Shown here: in pieces, positions 10,107-18,850 of the stretch
Layout of the letters: each line of letters opens with the position of its first letter
Numbering within the stretch: the first letter of the stretch is position 1
Source of the DNA: Candidatus Amesbacteria bacterium GW2011_GWC2_45_19
GTDB taxonomy: Bacteria; Patescibacteriota; Microgenomatia; CAZETR01; Amesbacteraceae
Direction of reading: 5' to 3'
DNA length: 64,000 bases
Assembly (NCBI GenBank): GCA_001001555.1
Contig: LCKS01000002.1
Coordinates: forward strand, 7,074 to 71,073
Position numbers and translations under genes: made by a program
The notes under the pieces: model-generated
Seen by the model: only the letters and a program-made list of their open reading frames with translations
Told to the model about the DNA's origin: nothing
Database searches by the model: none

Positions 10107-10739
10107 ATGAAGTACGAACGTCTCAAACGCATCATGGATATTTTTTTGGCCCTCTTTTTGGGAATCGTCTTCTTCCCCGTAAGCCTCCTAGTTGCTCTGG
10201 CCATCAAATTGGAATCTCCGGATGGCCCGATTTTTGCCGATACTCCCAATAGAGTGGGTAAGAACGGCAGACTCTTTCACACCTATAAATTTAGATCCAT
10301 GATTCCTGACGCGGTTAAATATCTCAAATCTAACCCGGGTCTTTTGGAAAAATACAAAAAAAGCAGTTTTAAACTCTACGACGATCCCCGGGTAACAAAA
10401 GTGGGTAAATTCATCCGCAAATATTCCTTAGACGAAGTGCCCCAATTTATTAATATTCTCAAAGGAGAGATGAGCCTGATTGGGCCCCGGCCGTATTATT
10501 CGGACGAGTTGGAAGAACAACAGGCAAAATATCCTCAAACCCAAGACCTGGTGAAAAAGGCCTTATCCGTCCGTCCCGGCGTCACCGGTATCTGGCAGGT
10601 TTCCGGAAGAAGCGACATTAATTTTGACAAACGCATCGAGATGGATTCGCACTACGCCGAGAACATGAACCTATGGTATGATTTAAAGATACTGTTAAAA
10701 ACCCCTTTTGTGATGTTGTCCGGCAAGGGGGCCCTGTAA
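10107..10739 (+). CDS. initiating sugar-phosphate transferase (bacterial sugar transferase family, WbaP/PglC-like)
   Basis: Single N-terminal TM, RLFHTYKFRSM and DEVPQFINILKGEMSLIGPRP motifs of polyprenyl-phosphate hexose-1-P transferases. Confidence 0.85.
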   Translation: MKYERLKRIMDIFLALFLGIVFFPVSLLVALAIKLESPDGPIFADTPNRVGKNGRLFHTYKFRSMIPDAVKYLKSNPGLLEKYKKSSFKLYDDPRVTKVGKFIRKYSLDEVPQFINILKGEMSLIGPRPYYSDELEEQQAKYPQTQDLVKKALSVRPGVTGIWQVSGRSDINFDKRIEMDSHYAENMNLWYDLKILLKTPFVMLSGKGAL

Positions 10740-10748
10740 GATCCTGCT

Positions 10749-12662
10749 ATGCCCGAAGAAACTTTAGTCCATCCCCTCGAAATTCAAATCCGCCGCTTTC
10801 CTCCGGTTCTCAAAATTATTTTGATCGTCCTGGCAGTTCTCTTGGGATTAACAGCCATGCTGGCAGTTTTGCTTGTCCCTCAAGTCAAAAAACTTCTGAC
10901 CTCGGTTGACCGGTTAAAAGCTTCCGGTGCTAGTGTAGTGGCTGCAGCCAAAGCCCAAGACCTCAAAGCCATTGATTCACAATTGGATGTAGTCGAAAAA
11001 GATCTGGCCCAACTCTCCAAAGATTATTCACAACTATCTTGGCTTAGAATCGTTCCCATTGCTAGCTTATACTACGCCGACGGTCAGCACGGCCTGAAAG
11101 CAGGTTCCGAAATTTTAGACGCCGCTAAAATTACCGTCGCAGCCATTGCCCCTTACGCTGATTTAGTTGGCCTCAAAGGACTGGCTACGTCAGGCGATGG
11201 TATGAAAACCGCTCAAGACAGAGTTAATTTCGTAGTTGAGACCTTGGATAAAGTCCGGCCCCGGCTAACGCAAATTGGGGAGAAACTGGCCGTGGCCCGG
11301 TCTGAAGCGGACAAAATTAAACCGTCCCGTTATCCCAAATACAGCTCCCAATTGACGTCTGGAATAGCTCTCATCGATCAAGCCGCCAGCCTGGTCAACG
11401 ACGCCAAACCGCTTTTAGAATCTGCCCCTTATATTTTGGGTAAAGATAATCCCCGTAAATATTTGGTTCTCTTTCAAAATGACGCCGAGCTCCGCCCCAC
11501 CGGCGGCTTCATGACCGCCTATGCGGTGATTGAAGTCAGTAAAGGTAAAATTAACATCGTTCAGTCCAACGATATTTATACTCTGGATGATAAATTCCCC
11601 AAGAAACTGCCCGCCCCCGAGCCCATCAAAAAATATCTGCCCAACGTTCCTTACTGGTATCTGCGCGACCAAAACCTGTCCCCTGATTTCAAAGTTTCCA
11701 TGGATACTTTTTACCCCAATTACCTGCTCACCAAATCTCCCGCCGTTGACGGTATTATTGCCGTGGATACCCAATTGCTGGTAGACCTGCTCAAAGTCAC
11801 CGGCCCCATCGGCGTTTCCGGTTTTGGCAACTACAGCGCCGAAATCGACAAACGCTGCAACTGCCCCCAGGTTTTTTATGAACTGGAAAAATTTGCAGAT
11901 ATAGAGGGCCCGGTAGTCTGGGATTCGGTCTCCGGAAAAATCGTTTTTCAACCCCGGAACTATGGAGACCGCAAGTCTTTTATTGGTCCCATGATGCACT
12001 CGGTTATGACCAACGTTTTTGCCCAGCCCAAGAAAAAAATGTCTGAATTATTCAACACCGCTCTGGACGCCATTAATGGCAAGCATGTCCAGTTTTACTT
12101 TATCAATCCCGACATTCAGCGCGCCGTCGAAAGTTTTAATCTAGCCGGGCGGGTTCGGGAGTACAGTGAGGATTATTTAATGGTGGTGGACACTAATTTC
12201 GCCGGGGCTAAAACCAACGCTTGGGTGACTTACGCTGCCGATCAAAAAATCGATGTGGCCGGTGACGGGACAGTTACCAAAATCCTGACCTTAACATATA
12301 AAAACCCCCAGCAATATTTCGTGGAAAAGGGCACCAATCTCAAGCTCAACGGCGTGTTCCGTGATTGGCTGCGGGTCTATGTGCCCCAAGGCAGCCAGCT
12401 TTTGGAAGCTAAAGGCTTTGAAACCGGCCAAAAAACTTCCGAGGATTTGGGCAAGACCGTCTTTGAGGGATTCTTTACGGTCACTCCGCTCAACGTCCGC
12501 ACCATTACTCTCAAATATAAACTGCCCATAAAGATCAAGTCTCCCTACAAACTACTCGTGCAAAAACAGGGGGGAGCCAAAAACTTCAATTACACTTTCA
12601 AAGTCAACGACAAAGCGTATCCTGAATTTCTGCTGACCGCCGATCATGAATTCGTATTCTGA
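10749..12662 (+). CDS. membrane-anchored DUF4012-like protein
   Basis: N-terminal TM then large extracytoplasmic domain; LRPTGGFMTAYAVIEVSKGKI motif recalled from the DUF4012 family found in cell-wall polysaccharide loci. Confidence 0.45.
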   Translation: MPEETLVHPLEIQIRRFPPVLKIILIVLAVLLGLTAMLAVLLVPQVKKLLTSVDRLKASGASVVAAAKAQDLKAIDSQLDVVEKDLAQLSKDYSQLSWLRIVPIASLYYADGQHGLKAGSEILDAAKITVAAIAPYADLVGLKGLATSGDGMKTAQDRVNFVVETLDKVRPRLTQIGEKLAVARSEADKIKPSRYPKYSSQLTSGIALIDQAASLVNDAKPLLESAPYILGKDNPRKYLVLFQNDAELRPTGGFMTAYAVIEVSKGKINIVQSNDIYTLDDKFPKKLPAPEPIKKYLPNVPYWYLRDQNLSPDFKVSMDTFYPNYLLTKSPAVDGIIAVDTQLLVDLLKVTGPIGVSGFGNYSAEIDKRCNCPQVFYELEKFADIEGPVVWDSVSGKIVFQPRNYGDRKSFIGPMMHSVMTNVFAQPKKKMSELFNTALDAINGKHVQFYFINPDIQRAVESFNLAGRVREYSEDYLMVVDTNFAGAKTNAWVTYAADQKIDVAGDGTVTKILTLTYKNPQQYFVEKGTNLKLNGVFRDWLRVYVPQGSQLLEAKGFETGQKTSEDLGKTVFEGFFTVTPLNVRTITLKYKLPIKIKSPYKLLVQKQGGAKNFNYTFKVNDKAYPEFLLTADHEFVF

Positions 12663-13191
12663 CCTTGGCATTGTCCTCAAAAGGTCAAACCTGGGCGAAG
12701 CGGATAAGCTGATCACCCTCTATACCCAACGTCATGGCAAAGTGACCGCCATTGCCCGGGGATTGCGCAAACCCAACTCCAAGCGGGCCGGATCCCTGGA
12801 GTTATTCAATGTGATTAAGTCCTCTTTCATCAAGGGAAAGGGGGGTTTAGATACCCTGGCCGAGGTGCAAATCCTGGCTTCGTTTCCTGCCTGGCGCCAG
12901 TATCTGGGCCGGGTTAACCTGGCTTATCAGTTGGCGGAAGTAGTGGACAAACTTACTCCAGACCATCAGCCTCACCCGGAAATCTTTGAAATTCTTTCTT
13001 TAGCCTTATCCCAAATCTCCAGTCTCGGTTCAGATTGGGAATTAAAAATTAAAAACTTAAAACTAAAAATTTTGGTGGAACTGGGCTACTGGCCAAGGAC
13101 CAAGGAATTCATTGGAGAGATTGATCAATTTATCGAAGGGCTAATCAACCGCCCCCTCAATTCCTCCAAGCTCCTAGAAAAACTAAGATAA
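12646..13191 (+). CDS. recO: DNA repair protein RecO (short form)
   Basis: N-terminal OB-fold region GIVLKRSNLGEADKLITLYTQRHGKVTAIARGLRKPNSKRAGSLELFN is RecO-like; 181 aa. Confidence 0.7.
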   Translation: MNSYSDLGIVLKRSNLGEADKLITLYTQRHGKVTAIARGLRKPNSKRAGSLELFNVIKSSFIKGKGGLDTLAEVQILASFPAWRQYLGRVNLAYQLAEVVDKLTPDHQPHPEIFEILSLALSQISSLGSDWELKIKNLKLKILVELGYWPRTKEFIGEIDQFIEGLINRPLNSSKLLEKLR

Positions 13192-13258
13192 TAATTATTT
13201 GTTAAATACAACGGTCGTGAAATTTGACAAATAATAATGAAAAGAAAATAATAAATCA

Positions 13259-13804
13259 GTGAATAAAAGAAAAGTAACTGTTGGAGGAATTCTAAAGTTG
13301 ATAAACGACGCTGGAGAAATCTTTTTACCTCTGACCAGGAAAGGAACATATAGACAATTGTACTCACCTCGGATCTTGAGTCTGGAGGATTATTTTCCAT
13401 CTGAAATAAAAAGAGTGGCCAGCAGATTAATCCGTAAGGGACATGTGCAAAAAGAAGAAACTTCCGATGGTTGGATAATAAAAATTACTAATAAAGGAAA
13501 GAACGAGATATTAAAATTCAGACTGGAAGAATTTAAACCCAAAAAAGATAAATGGGACGGATTATGGCGACTGGTATTTTTTGACATAGAAGAGGTCAAT
13601 AGGAAGAAAAGAGACATGCTACGGAAATATTTAAAGAAACTGGGACTCAAACAAATGCAGGAAAGTGTATGGGTTGGCCCATTTGATGTAAGTTCTGAAG
13701 TCAAATACTTACGCGAGGTATTGGACGTTCCTCACGAGGTAAAAATTGGGGTGATGAAAGAGTTGGAAAACGCCGAAGATTTAAAAGGATGGTTTGAACT
13801 ATGA
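13259..13804 (+). CDS. hypothetical regulator-like protein with Cas2/PaaX-C-like ferredoxin-fold C-terminal domain
   Basis: WDGLWRLVFFDIEE...KYLKKLGLKQMQESVWVGPFD matches the VapD/Cas2/PaaX-C type fold pattern. Flanked by 45-bp direct repeats (see findings). Confidence 0.35.
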   Translation: MNKRKVTVGGILKLINDAGEIFLPLTRKGTYRQLYSPRILSLEDYFPSEIKRVASRLIRKGHVQKEETSDGWIIKITNKGKNEILKFRLEEFKPKKDKWDGLWRLVFFDIEEVNRKKRDMLRKYLKKLGLKQMQESVWVGPFDVSSEVKYLREVLDVPHEVKIGVMKELENAEDLKGWFEL

Positions 13805-13879
13805 TATTTGTTAAATTCAACGGTCGTGATGAATGACAAATATTATGTGAGATGGAGTTTTTGTAGTAAACTTAAAGTC

Positions 13880-15151
13880 ATGGATCTGATGGAAAAAATC
13901 GTCAGCCTGTGCAAGAGAAGGGGATTTGTATTTCCCGGAAGTGAAATTTATGGCGGGATGGCTAACTCTTGGGATTTTGGCCCGGTTGGCGCCCAACTCA
14001 AAAAAAATATCAAGGATCTGTGGTGGAAAACTTTTGTGGAAAGCCGGGATGACGTTGTGGGTTTGGATGCCACCATAATCATGAACCCCAAAGTTTGGGA
14101 AGCCTCGGGTCACATAGAAGGGTTTTCCGATCCATTAGTCGAATGTAAGTCTTGCCACAACCGCTTTCGGGCCGACCAAATTGACATTAAAGATGTCTGC
14201 TCCGATTGCGGTAAAAAAGACTGGAGTCCGGTAAAAAATTTCAATCTCATGTTAAAAACTTTCCTCGGCCCAGCAGAAGATTCCGCCCACGCAGCTTATC
14301 TGCGCCCCGAAACCGCCCAGGCCATGTTTGTGGATTTCAAAAATGTTCTTTCCTCTAACCCAAAAAAGTTGCCATTTGGTATAGCTCAAATGGGAAAAGC
14401 TTTCAGGAACGAAATTACTACGGGAAACTTTTTGTTTAGATTGCGCGAGTTTGAAATGATGGAGATTGAGTACTTCGTTCACGAAAAAGATTGGAAAGAA
14501 GCGTTTGAGATGTGGCGGAAAGAAATGTGGAATTGGTTTGAATTAATGGGTATCGATAAAACCAAAATTCACGAACACGAAATTCCTGACGGGGAAAGAG
14601 CGCATTATTCCCAAAGAACTATAGACTTTGAGTTTGAGTATCCCTTTGGACAAAAAGAACTATACGGCTTGGCTTATCGCACCGATTATGACTTGAAGAG
14701 GCAGCAAGAGTTTTCAGGGCAAGATTTATCATACGCAGGTATAATGCCCCATGTCATAGAACCAACTTGGGGAGTAGATAGAACATTTTTAGCCGTTATG
14801 CTTTCTGCCTATCATGAAGACGAAAAGAGAGTTATTCTTAAACTTCATCCCAAACTCGCTCCATATAAAGTTGCCGTTTTTCCGCTGGTGGCCAATAAGG
14901 AGAACATCGTTAAAAAAGCCCGGGAAGTTTACCAGTTACTGAAACCAGTTACAGTTACTACATGGGATGACCGCGGCAACATCGGCAAAAGATATTACGC
15001 CCAGGACGAAATCGGTACTCCCTGGTGTGTAACTATCGATTATCAGACTTTGAAAGATGATACTGTCACCGTGCGCGACCGGGACACCGCCCAACAAGTG
15101 CGCGTGGCAGTTTCTGAACTTGACAGTTATTTCCCAGAAAAGTTAAAGTGA
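13880..15151 (+). CDS. glyQS: glycine--tRNA ligase, dimeric alpha2 type
   Basis: GFVFPGSEIYGGMANSWDFGPVGAQLKKN..., class II aaRS motifs and C-terminal anticodon-binding domain. ORF opens at 13808; ATG 13880 or 13889 likely. Confidence 0.9.
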   Translation: MDLMEKIVSLCKRRGFVFPGSEIYGGMANSWDFGPVGAQLKKNIKDLWWKTFVESRDDVVGLDATIIMNPKVWEASGHIEGFSDPLVECKSCHNRFRADQIDIKDVCSDCGKKDWSPVKNFNLMLKTFLGPAEDSAHAAYLRPETAQAMFVDFKNVLSSNPKKLPFGIAQMGKAFRNEITTGNFLFRLREFEMMEIEYFVHEKDWKEAFEMWRKEMWNWFELMGIDKTKIHEHEIPDGERAHYSQRTIDFEFEYPFGQKELYGLAYRTDYDLKRQQEFSGQDLSYAGIMPHVIEPTWGVDRTFLAVMLSAYHEDEKRVILKLHPKLAPYKVAVFPLVANKENIVKKAREVYQLLKPVTVTTWDDRGNIGKRYYAQDEIGTPWCVTIDYQTLKDDTVTVRDRDTAQQVRVAVSELDSYFPEKLK

Positions 15152-15155
15152 ACTT

Positions 15156-15641
15156 GTGAACAAGTGGCTGCCCATTGTAGGTGCGATAGGAACCTTGGGA
15201 CTTAGTGCCGGGGTGCTTTTGTATTTCAAAGGCCAACCCAATTCTCCCTTACCCACCCCAACTCCCACCCTCGAAGTAGCTGTCCAGCTCACGGCAAACA
15301 AGCAACCTCAAATTGAACTTAAATTCAGCTCCGATGGCCATTACGTCACCGTCTCCTTATCTAATCTCTATGCCGACCAATTGGAATACAATCTCATCTA
15401 TGACGCTTCCGTCAAAGGCAGTAAACTTCAGACCGGTGTCAATTCCACGGCCAGCATTACTGGCAAAACGACATTTTCTCAAAAACAGCTATTAGGTTCC
15501 GAATCCTCCGGCAAATTCACCTATCACGAAAAAATTGCCAATGCGGTGATGGAGCTCACCCTGCGCGACGTCTCCGGCCGGTCCATCTTTACTTCTACGT
15601 ATCCCTTCACCGTCACCCCCGGCTCCTCCGCGAAACTTTAA
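15156..15641 (+). CDS. hypothetical secreted/membrane-anchored protein
   Basis: N-terminal hydrophobic segment, no recognisable domain. Confidence 0.4.
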   Translation: MNKWLPIVGAIGTLGLSAGVLLYFKGQPNSPLPTPTPTLEVAVQLTANKQPQIELKFSSDGHYVTVSLSNLYADQLEYNLIYDASVKGSKLQTGVNSTASITGKTTFSQKQLLGSESSGKFTYHEKIANAVMELTLRDVSGRSIFTSTYPFTVTPGSSAKL

Positions 15642-15668
15642 CGCACAAGGCTTCGGCTTTTATTAGTC

Positions 15669-15724
15669 TTGACACCGTGTGAAAATGGGGTCATAGTGGT
15701 AGGAAGTGGTAAAAAGTGGTAAAA
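15669..15724 (+). promoter_or_regulatory. dcw promoter (TTGACA-17-CATAGT) with three direct AGTGG-taa repeats (MraZ-box-like)
   Basis: TTGACA at 15669, candidate -10 at 15692; three 10-bp-phased boxes cATAGTGGtag gAAGTGGtaa aAAGTGGtaa immediately upstream of mraZ. Confidence 0.55.
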
Positions 15725-15731
15725 CAATGAC

Positions 15732-16157
15732 ATGTTTATCGGACAATATGAACATTCTCTCGAAGCCAAAGGCCGCCTCTCCGTCCCCAGCAAATTCCGT
15801 TCTCAATTGGCCGATGGGGCCGTCCTGTCCCAGGGACTAGACGGCTGTTTATTTTTATATCCCCAGGCCGTCTGGGATTCGCTCATTACCAAGTTATCCC
15901 AATTACCCTTAACCAAACAGACTGCCCGTAGTTTTACGCGCAGCCTGTCCTACGGCGCCACAGAGGTAGAGATTGATTCTCTGGGGCGGATCTTGGTTCC
16001 GGACTATCTGCGCGGGTTTGCCGGCCTCAAAACCGCTTGCATTATCGCCGGAGCCGTAGACAGGGTGGAAATTTGGGATAAATCCAAATTTGTCAGCTAT
16101 ACGCAAACCATTAATTCACACCGGGAAGAGATAGCTGAAAAACTTGAGATTTCATAA
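15732..16157 (+). CDS. mraZ: transcriptional regulator MraZ
   Basis: MFIGQYEHSLEAKGRLSVPSKFR and second MraZ repeat (SLGRILVPDYLRGFAGL). Confidence 0.9.
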   Translation: MFIGQYEHSLEAKGRLSVPSKFRSQLADGAVLSQGLDGCLFLYPQAVWDSLITKLSQLPLTKQTARSFTRSLSYGATEVEIDSLGRILVPDYLRGFAGLKTACIIAGAVDRVEIWDKSKFVSYTQTINSHREEIAEKLEIS

Positions 16158-16950
16158 ATCCGTACTTTTACAACCAGCTTGTCACTTTTTAGCCGTAAAA
16201 TCAGGCGGTCACTATGTAGACTGCACATTAGGCGGCGGGGGACACGCGGCCGAAATCTTACGCCAGGGAGGAAAAGTTTTAGGGTTGGACCAGGATCCAG
16301 ATGCTATTTCTGCCTGCCTTGCCCTTCCGAAGCCGTTAGGCGAAGGAGGGCCTGATCTGATTTTAGTCCAATCTAATTTTATTCACCTGGCGGAGGTCGT
16401 CTCTGCACATCATTGGCAGCCGGTGTTAGGGGTATTGCTTGATTTGGGCGTCTCCGAACACCAAATTAATACTCCCGGCCGCGGCTTTTCTTTCCAAGAG
16501 TCGGGACTGCTAGATATGCGCATGGATCCCAACTTGCCCAATACTGCGGCCACGCTAGTTAACCAGTTATCAGTTAACCAGTTAACCAGTTTACTGCGCG
16601 ACTTCGGTGAAATACCTGTAGCCAAACTACTGGCCGTCAAGATCATCGCTGCCAGGCCGCTGACCACAACTGATCAACTGGCAGCCATTACTGGTAAGTG
16701 GTCCCGCCAGGCCTTTCAAGCGCTGCGTATCGCCGTCAACGACGAACTGGGGGCGCTTAAGGAAATTTTGTCCCAGGCCCAGCAAATTCTGGCTCCCGGC
16801 GGCCGGCTGGTAGTTATCAGTTTTCATTCCCTGGAGGATAGGATTGTCAAACACACGCTGAAAAACATGCCGTCTTTAACTCCCAAGCCGGTCATAGGCG
16901 AAAAAGGTGCCAAGCTGAGAGCATATGTTAAAACTATTAATCATTATTAA
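16144..16950 (+). CDS. rsmH: 16S rRNA (cytosine1402-N4)-methyltransferase RsmH/MraW
   Basis: YVDCTLGGGGHA SAM-binding motif, dcw position after mraZ. Contains an in-frame CAGTTAAC tandem microrepeat at 16558-16595. Confidence 0.9.
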   Translation: MRFHKSVLLQPACHFLAVKSGGHYVDCTLGGGGHAAEILRQGGKVLGLDQDPDAISACLALPKPLGEGGPDLILVQSNFIHLAEVVSAHHWQPVLGVLLDLGVSEHQINTPGRGFSFQESGLLDMRMDPNLPNTAATLVNQLSVNQLTSLLRDFGEIPVAKLLAVKIIAARPLTTTDQLAAITGKWSRQAFQALRIAVNDELGALKEILSQAQQILAPGGRLVVISFHSLEDRIVKHTLKNMPSLTPKPVIGEKGAKLRAYVKTINHY

Positions 16951-17128
16951 TCTTCTCCTGCTTTCCGGGCAGGTAGTTTTGTCGTTTGGCAGGGCTACCC
17001 AAGGGAGCGAATTGGGCCGCTTGCAAAATCAGGCGCAGACTTTGGCCGCACAGAATCAACGTCTCCGCGAGGCTATCTATTCTTCGTCCTCCCTGTCTCA
17101 CATTTGGACTCTGGCCCAAAAACCATGA
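16925..17128 (+). CDS. ftsL: cell division protein FtsL-like (small bitopic coiled-coil protein)
   Basis: 67 aa, one TM then coiled coil, located between rsmH and ftsI as in canonical dcw clusters. Confidence 0.5.
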   Translation: MLKLLIIINLLLLSGQVVLSFGRATQGSELGRLQNQAQTLAAQNQRLREAIYSSSSLSHIWTLAQKP

Positions 17129-18762
17129 ACCGGCGCCTTTCTGTAATTCAGGCAATTTTTATTCTTTTTTCTTTGGGTATTGTCCTGCGTTTGGGCTATT
17201 GGCAAATTGTCAAAGCGGCAGATCTAGCCGCCGAGGCAGCTTGGCAAAGACAAAGTTTTCTGGAAATTCCCAGTCCCCGGGGAGCCATTTTGAGTTCGGA
17301 CGGTTTTCCTCTGGTCACCAATCAGGAAGCCTACTTATTTTATGTTAATCCCCGGCAGTTTATTTTTTCCGAAAAGCTAAGCCAATTGTTACCTGCTTCC
17401 GCCAGTGCCCGGCTGGCCAATATTCCTGCTAATTTGGGTTGGTTTCTCATCGCCCGTCACTTACCGGTTTCTCTCCGCGATCAAATCCAAAGCTTGAAGT
17501 TGGACGCTATCGGTTTTGAACCCGATCCCAGCCGTCTCTATCCCGAAGCCAGCTCCAGCGCCCACCTCCTGGGATTTGTGGGTCAGGATTCCGCCGGCCG
17601 TCCTCAAGGCTACTTTGGTCTGGAAGGATATTATAATCGGCAACTCACCGGCCTTCCCGGTAAATTAGTTCAGGAAAAAGACGCTCTCAACCGGCCAATT
17701 TTAATCGGTACTTCAAACTTACTGCCTCCCCAGCCCGGCAGCGCCTTAACGACCTCGATCAACCGCACTCTGCAGTTTATTGCATATCAAAAACTGGCGG
17801 CTGCCCTGACCAGATACGGCGCTGTCTCTGGTACAGTTTCAATTATGGAACCATCTACCGGCCGGATTTTGGCCATGGTCAGCTTGCCTAACTACGACCC
17901 TTCTGATTTTGGCAGGTTCGATCAACAAATTTACAAAAACCCCATTATTTCCGACGCCTACGAACCGGGATCAATTTTTAAAACTGTGGTCATGGCGGCG
18001 GCCCTGGACGCCCAAGCCGTCCAGCCGGACACAGTATGCGATATCTGTACCGGCCCGGTAGCCGTCTCCGACTACGTTATTAAAACCTGGAACGACAAGT
18101 ACTATCCTAAAAGCACCATGACCGAGGTCATCCAACATTCAGACAACGTAGGCATGGTTTTTGTCAGCCGCCGCCTGGGAAAGCGCAAACTGATTAGCTA
18201 CTTGAAAAAATTCGGAGTTGGGCAACTGACCGGTGTGGATTTGCAGGAAGAAAGTTCACCCCAACTCCGGCCCGAATCGGCCTGGATGGATATTGATCCG
18301 GCTACGGCATCATTCGGTCAGGGCATTGCCGTCACTCCTTTGCAGATGCTGCGGGCTGTCTCCGTTATAGCTAACCGTGGACTTTTGCCCAAACCTCAAG
18401 TTGTGGACAAAATTAATAATAAAGCGATCCTTCCCTCGCCGCCGACCCAGGTCATTTCCTCAATGGCTGCCGCCCAAATGGCCTTGATGATGGTTAACGC
18501 CGTGGATCTTGGAGAAGCCAAATGGGCCAAGCCAAAGGGGTTCAGTATCGCCGGAAAAACCGGTACCGCCCAAATCCCGGTTTCCGGTCACTATGACGCA
18601 GATAAAACCATCGCCTCGTTTGTGGGTTTTGCTCCGGCAGATCAGCCTAAGTTTGCCATGCTGATTACTTTGCGCGAGCCCAAATCTTCCCCTTGGGGAA
18701 GTGAAACCGCCGCCCCTTTGTGGTTTGATATCGCTCGTGAGGTATTCCGTTTGCTAAAATGA
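17104..18762 (+). CDS. ftsI: peptidoglycan D,D-transpeptidase FtsI (class B PBP)
   Basis: SxxK (GSIFKT), SxN (HSDNVG) and KTGT motifs; N-terminal TM and dimerisation domain. Confidence 0.9.
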   Translation: MDSGPKTMNRRLSVIQAIFILFSLGIVLRLGYWQIVKAADLAAEAAWQRQSFLEIPSPRGAILSSDGFPLVTNQEAYLFYVNPRQFIFSEKLSQLLPASASARLANIPANLGWFLIARHLPVSLRDQIQSLKLDAIGFEPDPSRLYPEASSSAHLLGFVGQDSAGRPQGYFGLEGYYNRQLTGLPGKLVQEKDALNRPILIGTSNLLPPQPGSALTTSINRTLQFIAYQKLAAALTRYGAVSGTVSIMEPSTGRILAMVSLPNYDPSDFGRFDQQIYKNPIISDAYEPGSIFKTVVMAAALDAQAVQPDTVCDICTGPVAVSDYVIKTWNDKYYPKSTMTEVIQHSDNVGMVFVSRRLGKRKLISYLKKFGVGQLTGVDLQEESSPQLRPESAWMDIDPATASFGQGIAVTPLQMLRAVSVIANRGLLPKPQVVDKINNKAILPSPPTQVISSMAAAQMALMMVNAVDLGEAKWAKPKGFSIAGKTGTAQIPVSGHYDADKTIASFVGFAPADQPKFAMLITLREPKSSPWGSETAAPLWFDIAREVFRLLK

Positions 18763-18850
18763 AACCAATGTCCCGTTTCCACACTATCTCTTTCCGCCAT
18801 GCTTGGATAAGTACTGTCATTATTGCTGTTATTATCTTCATCCCTAAAAT

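Noticed and set aside
11415-11999. 194-aa minus-strand ORF inside the DUF4012-like gene
   Set aside because: No start context or motif; embedded in a longer coherent plus-strand ORF.
13806-13880. T-box riboswitch leader upstream of glyQS (and ileS)
   Set aside because: Leaders are only about 75 nt and 45 nt, far too short for a T-box (about 200-300 nt), and no T-box consensus (AATTAGGGTGGNACCGCG) is present.
16558-16595. Possible CRISPR-like array (CAGTTAAC repeats) and other short tandem repeats
   Set aside because: Repeat unit of only 8 bp with no spacers, inside the rsmH coding frame; no CRISPR arrays (24-47-bp repeats with unique spacers) were seen anywhere in the window.
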